From assembly GCA_013265495.1 (NCBI GenBank), contig MU058103.1, positions 1 through 64,000 of the forward strand: 64,000 bases of DNA, given 5' to 3'. The stretch is from Vicugna vicugna (lineage: Eukaryota). Positions 55,090 to 64,000 of this stretch are shown one piece after another (the stretch's first letter is position 1; every line of letters begins with the position of its first letter). Under the pieces are notes generated by a model. That model was not told the origin of the DNA. It ran no database searches and saw only the letters and a list, made by a program, of their open reading frames with translations. The position numbers and the translations under genes are program-made.

Positions 55090-56760
55090 TAACCTTAGTC
55101 TGGTGTATAAGATACAGACAGTACAGTGTGTAAGTCTTAAGTGTAAAGACGTGAATTTTTGTACATGTCTATTGCCAGTTAACCATGACTTAAAATAAGA
55201 TTTGGAACATTTACGAGACACAACACCCAAATGTCCCTTCCCAGTCAGTACAACCTCTCCATCTACACAGATGTAACCATTGTTCTGACTTTGACAGTGA
55301 ATTTGCTTTGCTTGAAATATATATGTATATTTATAAGTTATATATATATATAATATATATATATATATAAGTATATATATTTATAATTATATAAATTCAT
55401 ACAGTACATATAGTTTTGTGTCTGGCTTCATTCACTTAATATTTTATTTGTGAAGTTCAACAATTTTGTTAAGTGTACCAGTGGTTCTTTTTGTTGATGC
55501 ATAATATTCCATTATACAACTATACTGTTTTGTTTAGCTATTCTGCTGTTGATGGGCATTTAGGTTGTTTCCTGTATGACTGTACTGTGTTTTGTTTAGC
55601 TATTCTGCTGTTGATGGGCATTTAGGTTGTTTCCTGTATGACTGTACTGTGTTTTGTTTAGCTATTCTGCTGTTGATGGGCATTTAGGTTGTTTCCATAT
55701 AAGAGCTTTTATGAATGAATCTGCTCTGAACATCTTCTGTGGACTTAAAATTTCATTTTCCTTAAATGTATTCCTAAATATCACAAACATAGGATCATAG
55801 AGTAGGCATATGTTAAGCTTGAATGAAACAGACTTCAAAAATAGTTGTATCAATGTACACGCAATGGATGAGACTTCCATTTGCTTCATAGCTTTGCCTA
55901 CACTTGATAGTGAGTCTTTTAACTTACAACCATTCTAAAAGTTGTGTATTCACATCATTTTGGCTTCAATTTGCATTTCCGTGAAGGTTAATTATGTCGT
56001 AGACTTTTTCATACAGTAGCCCCTCCACATCCTCTTTTAGAAAGGACTTCTTTTATCTGTTTTGCACAATATTTTAATTAAATTGTTCATCTTTTTTATT
56101 GATGTTTAACAATTCTTTATATATTACCGTTTTTAGTCCTTTGTCAGATATTTGCATAGATACTCTCTTCTCCTAGTCTTTGGCTTGACTTTTCATGTAC
56201 TAACTGATGCCATCTGGTAAACGGATGTTCTTAATTTTAATAAAAGCCACTTTATAAATCTTTTTTATATGTAGTAAATTTTATGTCCTGTTTCAGAAAT
56301 TGATGTGTACTCAAAGGTTGGAAAATATTGTTTATGTTTTCTTCTAGAAGTTTTGGCATTTTATCTTTCCCATTTAGATGTATGATCCAGTCAACTTCAT
56401 TTATGTATGTGGTATGAAGTAGAGATCATGGTTCACTATTTGTCATAAATATATCCAATTTTCCAGCACGTTTATTAGACAAACTATACATTTCTCCACT
56501 AAATTGCAATTAAATCTTTATTGTAAGTCAAGTGAATGTTTAATTATGAGTGTCTCTGCATGTTCTCTTTGGTTTAATGGCTTCATTTGTCTATCTTTGC
56601 ATTGTTACTTCACTGTCTTAATTACTGTAGCTTTATAGCACATTAAAACATTTCATTTTATAAGTTTGTCAAATTCATTTATTTTCAAGATATGAGAGTC
56701 TAGACTATTCCAAGTCATTTGCATCCTCATATAAACTTTAAATTCACCTTGATGATTTCC
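55090..56760 (-). mobile_element. Old L1 (L1MD/ME-like) 3' region
   Basis: ttttgtgtctggcttcattcactta, aatttgcatttcc, gtcctttgtcagatat, ttaattactgtagctttata. Contains an AT microsatellite at about 55317-55395. Confidence 0.88.
55526..55696. repeat. 62-bp minisatellite, about 2.8 identical copies
   Basis: Unit tgttttgtttagctattctgctgttgatgggcatttaggttgtttcc-tgtatgactgtactg starts at 55526, 55588 and 55650. Confidence 0.95.
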
Positions 56761-56764
56761 AAGA

Positions 56765-57112
56765 TATACATACACACATATATATGTATATACATATATA
56801 CACAAGTTCTTGTATCCATTCATCCATTGACAGACACTTAGGTTGTTTCTGTACCTTGGCTATTGTGAATAATGCTGCAATAAATATAGGAGTGCAGGTA
56901 TCTCTTTGAGATCCAGTTTTCACTTCCTTTGAATATATACCCAGAGGGGGATTGCTGGGTCATGTGGTAGTTCTACTTTTAACTTTTTGAGGAACCTCTG
57001 TAATATTTTCCATTACGGCTGCACTGATTTACATTCTTACCAAAAGTACACGAGGGTACCCTTTTCACCAGATCCTTGCCAGCACCTACTATCTGTTTTT
57101 TTCTTTTTATGA
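56765..57112 (-). mobile_element. L1 (L1MA9-like) inverted segment, left part
   Basis: tatccattcatccattgacagacacttaggttg...ggctattgtgaataatgctgcaat...ttttgaggaacctc. Confidence 0.92.
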
Positions 57113-57325
57113 GTGAGTGTGTGTACATGTGGAAGAGTGTGTGATAGTGTATGTGAGTGATAGCGTGGTATGTGACAGTGTGTGTGCATGAGTGGGTCTG
57201 CTTGTGAGAGCGTGTGGTAGTGATAGTGTAAGTGTGTGAGTGTATGTGTGTGTGTGGGATGGGATATGTATGTATGGGATAGTGTGAGTATGTGAGTGTG
57301 TGCACGTGCATTCACACATGTATGG
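57113..57325. repeat. Degenerate GT-rich simple repeat
   Basis: gtgagtgtgtgt...gtgtgagtgtatgtgtgtgtgtggga. Confidence 0.9.
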
Positions 57326-57790
57326 TGCCACACTTGCTAGGACAGGCCATGAGCCTCTTTCCCAGCTTGGTTGGTGAGTAATTTGGGCTGAGGGCAGGGA
57401 GAGGAGCTCTCTGAGATGGCTTGTTCCTGGTCTCAGATTTCTGAAATCACTAGAAGGGCAGTAAAGAGAGATGGAGTTTCAGGGGTCAGAGGTGAAACCA
57501 AGATGCAGTTGAAACCTTGGAGGCTATTTAACTCCTCAGGCAGTAGCCTTTTCTCAGCCCATCAGAGAGAAGCTGGGCTAGGGATACCCTTGTAGAGTCA
57601 AAAAGCTCAGGGCTGCAGAACCCCTCCGTGTCTGCCAAGGCCTCAGGATACTATGAGAACAGCATTTTTCTCAGCAGGGAGAACTTTGATTTTGGTTCTG
57701 TTAAGCCCCAGGGGAGAGAGGGTGGACCTGAGAGGCAGGGAGGATGTACCCACCTTTGACCATCTCCATGGTGTCCTGTGTTCTCCACAG

Positions 57791-57952
57791 GAGGAGCCAT
57801 GGGGGTACCATTAGTACCCTGACTTCACTGGGGCATCTGGCGGCATCCAGTGGTGTGACAGACAGCGCCCTGGCCTTCTTGCTGGTGACAGACATCTTCC
57901 TCACACTCTGCATTGGGCTCCACCTGCTGCTGCTCCAGCCAGAGTCCACCAG
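57791..57952 (+). pseudogene. Candidate orphan/captured exon (162 nt) encoding a hydrophobic helix
   Basis: Acceptor gtgtcctgtgttctccacag|G and donor CAG|gtgagg. Length divisible by 3 and open in one frame (RSHGGTISTLTSLGHLAASSGVTDSALAFLLVTDIFLTLCIGLHLLLLQPEST). Source gene not recognised. Confidence 0.35.
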
Positions 57953-58039
57953 GTGAGGTCCCAAAGCTTGCTCTCTCCCACATTCTTCTTTTATGTTTAC
58001 TATATCTTTATGTTACCTACTTGAGTCCATCTGTCAGCT

Positions 58040-58210
58040 GATTAAAGGTTGTGTTTGTTTACTGCCTGTCTTCGCACTGGAGTGTGACTTCCCATCTCCA
58101 CGAGGTAGAAATTGTGTGGATTTCTTTTGCTGCTGTATCTGCTGTATCCTGTGCCATGAACTGTGCCTGGCTCACAGTAGTTGCTCAATAAATTGGCTGG
58201 GCTGATGAAT
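58040..58210 (+). mobile_element. L2 3' end fragment inside the GC-rich insert
   Basis: gctgtatcctgtgcc...aactgtgcctggctcacagtagttgctcaataaat...gatgaatg. Confidence 0.8.
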
Positions 58211-58287
58211 GTGAGAAGTTGGCTTTGCATTGCACTTCTAAGCATTTTCCATTAAAGAAGGCAGTGGCAGAAATGGGACCTGAGGAA

Positions 58288-59324
58288 CAACCACCTCTCT
58301 TGTCTTTTTGATAACTATCCCAGTAGGTGTTAGGTGATACCTCACTGTGGCTTTGGTTTGCAGTTTTCTAATAACTAGTGATATTGAACATCTTTTCATG
58401 TGCCCATTGGAAGAAAGTTGTGCATCTTCTTTGGAAAAATGTCTGTTCAGGTCCTCTGCCCATTTTTAAATCAGATTGTTAGGTTTTTTTTGTCATTGAG
58501 TTGTATGAGTTTTTCATATATTTTGGATTTTGACCCCTTAACAGATATATGATTTGCTTAATGTTTTCCTCTATTCCATAGATTGTCTTTTCACTTTGTG
58601 AAAGTTTCCTTTGCTGTGAAGAAGCTTTTTAGTTTAATGTAGTCCCATTTGTTTATTTTTGCTTTTGTTGCCTTTGATTTTGGTCAAATCCAAAAACTAT
58701 TTGCCAAGACTAATGTCAAGAAGCTTACCCACTATGTTTTCTTCTAGGAATTTTATGGTTTCAGGTAGTAAATTTAAGTCTTAAATTTAAATCTTTAATC
58801 CATCTTGAATTGATTTTGTGTGTATGGTGTCAGGTAGAGTCTAGTTTTATTCTTTTCCATGTGGGTGTACAATTTTCCAAACACCATTTATTGAAGAGAC
58901 TATCCTTTCCTACTGTATATTCCTGGCTCCTTTGTTGATAACTAATTAATCATATACAGGTGGGTTTATTTCTGGGCCCTCAATTATGTTCCTTCAATCT
59001 ATGTGCCTGTTTTTATGCAAATACCATACTGTCTTGATTACTATACTTTGTAATATTGTTTGAAATCAGGAAGTATGATGTGTTCAGCTTTGTTCTTCTT
59101 TCTCAAGATTGTTTTGGATGTTCAGGAACTTTGTGGTTACATAAAAATTTTAGGTTGGTTTTTATATTTCTGCGAAAAATGCTATTGGAATGGTGATAGG
59201 GATTGCCTTGAATCTGTAGATCACTTTGGGTAGTATGGCTATTTTATCAATAATAATTCTCTAGATCCATAAGCATGGAATATCTTTCCATTTATTTGTG
59301 TCTTATTAAATTTTGCTCATCAAT
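58288..59324 (-). mobile_element. L1 (L1MA9-like) inverted segment, right part (ORF2)
   Basis: aggtgatacctcactgtgg, gaagctttttagtttaatgtagtccca, caccatttattgaagagact, gaatctgtagatcactttgggtagtatgg. Confidence 0.95.
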
Positions 59325-59543
59325 CAAAAACTCGTAGAACCAGAAGGTAGAGTGATGGTTGCTAAGAGTTGGGGGTTGGGGGTTTTGGGAAGATGGTGGT
59401 CAAAGGTTACAAACTTTCAGTTGTAAAAAACAGAAGTTCTGGGAATCTGATGTACAGCATGATGATTGTAGTTAATAAGACTATATTGTATACTTGAATT
59501 TTACTAAAAGAGTAGAACTTATTTGTGTTCTCACCACACACAT

Positions 59544-59574
<31 letters not shown>

Positions 59575-59670
59575 GATAAGTCTGTGAGATGATGATATTT
59601 TAATAAGTTGATTGTGGTAATCACTTCACAGAGTATACATATATTAAATTTTTTGTATACCTTTAAAAAA
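59325..59670 (+). mobile_element. L1MA9-like 3' UTR in sense orientation, containing (CA)n
   Basis: aactcgtagaaccagaaggtagagtgatggttgc...ggtcaaaggttacaaactttcagtt...tgattgtggtaatcacttcaca. Confidence 0.9.
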
Positions 59671-59704
59671 TCACATGCACAAACTACATTTTAAGAGAAG
59701 TTTT

Positions 59705-59800
59705 TAATTTAATCACGTCTGCAAATGCAAAACTCTTTCCCCAAATGAGGTAACAGGGATTAGGACCTGATGTCTTTGGAGTCACCAGTCAGCCCACTAA
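59705..59800 (-). mobile_element. MLT1 LTR fragment
   Basis: aatcacgtctgcaaa...ccaaatgaggtaacagggattaggac...tcagcccacta. Confidence 0.65.
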
Positions 59801-59959
59801 AATAATCAAGAGTTGTCTTGTTCTGTTGATTCTAATGAAATAAATGATTAAAATATTTTAATTTTATTCAAAGTATATAAAGTTTGAATGTATTTTCATC
59901 AAAAGTGTAAATTTAAGTGAATGTTAAAAAGTTTAAAAAATTAGGAAGAAAGAGCTTGC

Positions 59960-61280
59960 TCTCTTATTTTTCTCCTTTGAATATGTCTTTTTAAACTGCT
60001 TTTAAGATTTCTTGGCTTTTTCTCTTTTTTATTTTCTTTTTATAAGTTTTACTATGGTGTACTTATAAGCGATTTATTTGTGTTTTTAATCTGTGTGTAG
60101 TTTTTTTGATTTTCTTGAATCTGGTGGTTGAGATTTTTCTTCAAAGAGAAATTTCTTCTAAAAAATTTTCAATCATTAATTGATTTAAAATATCCTATGT
60201 CTTTAACTTCTTTTTTGGGAATGAAATTTCATATATGTTAGGTTGCTAGCTGGTGTAGCATATGTTTCTCATGGTCTTTCCTATTATCCCATTCTTTTTT
60301 TCTTTGTGTTCATTTTGGAAAATTCCTAATAATGACCTTTGAATTTTATAATGCAGTCTTATGAAATTCTATCCATTGAGTTCTTAATTTCAAACATTGT
60401 ATTTTTCAGCCCTTATTGTTCCATTAGATTATTTTATATATTTTTCTTTTGACATTTTTCTCTTTCTATACATTTTTATCCCTAGTGTCTTGTATTTTTA
60501 ACTTTTTAATTTTTAACATTTTAAATGCTTAAAGTCCTTTCATGCTATTTACATTATCAGACAAATTGCTGTTATGCTTCTTGTTTTTGTATTTCTCATT
60601 GGAACTGGTCACATTTTCTTGTCCTTTTGCATGTAGCTTATTTAGAAAGAATTATTACATGCCTGGTATTTTGTATGACAGGACTATGGTGTTGTGACAG
60701 AATGTTTCACCCGGGAGAAATTCTACTTTGCTTTTTCAATCAGAGTGAGCAGCTGGTTCCCACGGAGGATTTTGTTGCATTTGAGCTGGGTTACAATTTT
60801 GTAAAGACTCATTAGTGCTCTCATTGTTCAAATGAAGAACTCCCTAATTTTTGTTTGAGAGCATAGTGGCATTTGTCTTCTTAGGCCCAAGAGACTGAGG
60901 GGCAATTCAGATCTGCCCTTTCAATATTTTGGCATTTCATTCTTTAGTCTCATCCCACGGAGACTCAAACCTTGTGAAATGTCTTCTGAGTAAAACTGGT
61001 CTTGTGTTTGAGACAGGGACTTTTCCTCTCACTGAGCATTATGTCCTAAACACAGCAAGGCTTTCAGAGATTTCATTCTCACCATTTCCTACATAAAGCT
61101 TCAAGTCTCAGCACTGTTTCCCATGGAGAAATCTGGCTCTACATTTGGGGTTTCTCCGAATTCCAATATTTTGTGGCAGCCTGTGTGATGATTGAAAGCT
61201 GTGCTAGTTTCTCTTTTCCCCAAAATAGTCCTTCTCTTAGGTCAGCCAAATCTTTAGTTATTGTCCAAGGAAGAGTATTC
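59960..61280 (-). mobile_element. Old L1 (L1ME-like) ORF1/5' region
   Basis: T-rich; agttttactatggtgtac, atccattgagttcttaatttcaa, ggtcacattttcttg. Confidence 0.7.
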
Positions 61281-61799
61281 CTAGCAATATCTCCCCTAGG
61301 GAGGGTTAGTGGAAATTATCAAAATATGTAAGTTACACAAATTTAAAGATAGTTCGCATACCAAATAAGCTTACCTGATTTAGATAGATAAGAGAGATGG
61401 TAAATAAGTAATACTTTAATGGGACAGTAACGATTTTCTGATTCCTCATAAAAGAGGATATTTAAGCTAAGTAAACAAATTCAGTTTATTCATATATTTA
61501 AGCAGAAATTTTATTGAGCATCTACTTTATTGTGACAACTACCATCCTCTGTCAATCTTTCTCATGTTATACTATTTTAGTGTTTTCATAGCACTTCTAT
61601 AGAAAATTGTATTGTTGGATTAAAACTAAAACAAAAATTAAAACTATAGTTTCATTTTTGTCCCCTATTCAGAAAAATGTTAGCTTATGGCAGATGCTTA
61701 ATAAATATAATTGAGAAAATGAAAATTCAAAAGTGTTTTAGCATTGAAGATAAGACCTTTATGTATTAAATCTCTTCTTTCACTAAATTCATCTACCAG

Positions 61800-62143
61800 T
61801 TTACTACTCCAAATACACAATCTATACATGCACTTATCATGATTTTGTTTTTCTCTAAAAAGACTTTCCCTTTTCCTTACCTGAAAAAAATCCAGTCCTT
61901 TTGTGTAGGGATAAAATCTTTCCCAGAAATATCCCAACACACTTTTCCTTACAGCTCATTGACAGAAGTTGTATCTCATGCCAGGCTCAGAACAGATCAC
62001 TGAAAAAGGGAATGAGAACATCATTGCTGGCTTGAGCTATTTATTTGGAAGAATGTGTACTCACTTAATCAAAATCTGAACTGTGCTAGAGTGGAAGATG
62101 GAAAAAATAGCTGTAGGGTAGAACCAACAATGTCTGCTATACA
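61800..62143 (-). mobile_element. MLT1J-like LTR
   Basis: ctttcccagaa...ctcattgacagaa...atcactgaaaaagggaatgaga...caacaatgtctgctataca. Confidence 0.7.
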
Positions 62144-62739
62144 TATCACAACAGAAGTCACTGCAGGGTAGAGAAGACATTGTGTAATTGTCACATTCAT
62201 AACAGAACTGTAATTTACCAATTTACACATTTCTACTTTTATAGGTTAGGATAGTACCTAAGCTTAAATATTTATTTTAAAAAGTCAGTAAAACAATTTG
62301 AAATTCTTATTGGAAATAAGGAAAAATAATTATGATCCATTTGTTACCATGCAAGTATATTCACTACAACATATCTGTGAGATAAAGAAAATTTGTTTCA
62401 AGATTAAAAATCTCATTTTCATTTAAAAATTCTGTTATTCCCTTATTATTTATTATGTTATTCTACTGCCTTTCTGAAGGACATAAAAATATTCCATGCT
62501 AAATAAAATATGCTAATATATCTGTTGTCAAATCTCATTTTTTAACTTATATTCCATACTGTTACTATTGAAAGAGACAGAAGTTTTTCCATGTACCTAT
62601 TCTCTTTGCTCTCTTATCCGGGTCTCCCAAAGGCAGTTGTGTTACAGTGGGAAGAGAATCAGATGTGGTAGCAGGCAATGATTCTGAAAACAGAAATGGG
62701 TGCAATCTCCAGTTTCAGCAGTACATCTTAAGGAAATAA

Positions 62740-63135
62740 TAGGAAGGAGATAATGAGTTCTATGTAAGGATTCTCACTGCATCATTATTTATATTAAGGA
62801 ATAACTTAGGAATGACTCAATTACATAAAAGTAAAAGATTGATTAAGTTAACTATGGTACATCCATATACTGGAATACAATACTACTAATAAAAATGCAG
62901 TGCATTAATATTTAATGCAATGGAAAGACATTCATAATAAAGTATGTGAAAATGCTGGTTCCAAAGCTGCATGAACTGAAAAATTCCAATTTTGTGGGAA
63001 GAAATTGTATATGGGTGTTTGCTTGTATGAATAAGAGGGGAGAAAATGACAGAAAAAAATATTTGAACATTGTAGTTATTTTCCATGACTGGTGAATTGT
63101 AATGTTTATGGGTTTTGTGCAGTATTTTCTAAGTG
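62740..63135 (+). mobile_element. L1ME-like 3' end
   Basis: ttaactatggtacatccatatactggaatac, atggaaagacattcataata. Confidence 0.75.
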
Positions 63136-63699
63136 TGTCTATTAATTTGTGTACATATATACATGTTTATACATATTATATTTACTATATATAAATATGT
63201 ATGTGTGTACATGTTTCTCTGTGTGTGTCTTGTGTGTACTGGATGCTCTTTCAAAAACAGTACTGATTTGGTATTAGAAGAGCAGGATTTAGAAGCTGAC
63301 TTTGTTCCTTGGTAACATTCTGAATCCCTCTTACTTATCTTGAAGCATCAGGGCTGATCAGGATGCATATTGTATTTGAGTCCTGATGGGTGATGGCTGA
63401 ATATATATAGAGTCCTATGGTACCATTCTTGAGATGATGGAACTCATCTCTCTAGGCTCTATTTTTCACCTTTCACTTTGAAAGTTCCCTTTTGTTTGGT
63501 CTTCTTGTTAGCTTTTTCTGTTTTCTCTCTTTCTGCCTAGTAATATTTTGCCTACGTTATTTGATTGCACATGTTCTTCAATTACTATTCCTTTGATTAT
63601 ATCTTTAACTTTTAGGCAAGCAGCCCATGGAAAAATTAGGCAATATAATACTTCACTTAGGATTCTATGTGCTCTAGCAATAAGTTCTGAGTGTGGAGA

Positions 63700-63950
63700 A
63701 CTTATTTTTAAGAGGATATGATAATGATGATAATTATACACTATGTGCAAGATATTCTTATTCATGCTTTATTTATATTAATTAATTTAATCTTTACAGC
63801 AACTCATTGATATAGATACAGTCATAATCTTTATTTTATAGATGAACAGGCTGAAACATAGCCTTACCCAAAGCATGTTGCTGGTACAATTGTAGTTCAA
63901 ACTGGATAGTCTGGCTTCAGAAGTCATACATTTAACTCCTCTGTTACTGT
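63700..63950 (-). mobile_element. MIR
   Basis: atttaatctttacagcaactc...ttttatagatgaacaggctgaaaca...gtctggcttcaga. Confidence 0.8.
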
Positions 63951-64000
63951 ATCTCCTTCATACATCTGAACTCTCTTTGGCTAGGACTCCTATGGCAACT

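Noticed and set aside
55526..55696. Repeat-spacer-like pattern resembling a CRISPR array
   Set aside because: The 15-nt 'spacers' are identical, the unit is L1-derived and the DNA is mammalian; it is a tandem repeat.
57799..57822. Strong Kozak GCCATGG inside the candidate exon
   Set aside because: That frame stops after 7 codons (MGVPLVP*), so it cannot initiate the hydrophobic peptide as the sequence stands.
1..64000. Short ORFs (60-116 aa) in the six-frame track
   Set aside because: No recognisable protein apart from decayed L1 pieces. Many use non-ATG starts or translate microsatellites, for example the His/Thr-rich ORFs at 56979-57333 from the GT repeat and the charged ORFs at 6321-6601 from the CT tract.

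Overview
This is AT-rich, repeat-dense mammalian genomic DNA, most likely camelid: it carries two copies of the tRNA-derived vic-1-type SINE and an artiodactyl-type L1 3' UTR. It is intronic or intergenic. I can support no intact protein-coding gene, RNA gene or CRISPR array, and the short ORFs in the track read as noise or as repeat translations. Most of the window is decayed L1, L2, MIR, MaLR/ERVL LTR elements and hAT (Charlie/MER) DNA transposons. There are two N gaps and two likely assembly duplications. The most notable structure is at 56.8-59.7 kb: a 5'-inverted (twin-priming type) L1 split by a ~1.2 kb GC-rich foreign segment. That segment carries an L2 relic and a 162-nt splice-site-bounded open exon encoding a hydrophobic helix with a DxxxT motif, like DAP12/CD3 adaptors. 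Other oddities are a MaLR lacking its 5' LTR inserted bluntly into an ERVL, a short probable L1 3' transduction, an unidentified insert in Charlie1 and a young 62-bp minisatellite. Repeat family names come from recalled consensus sequences, not from a search, and most boundaries are approximate.
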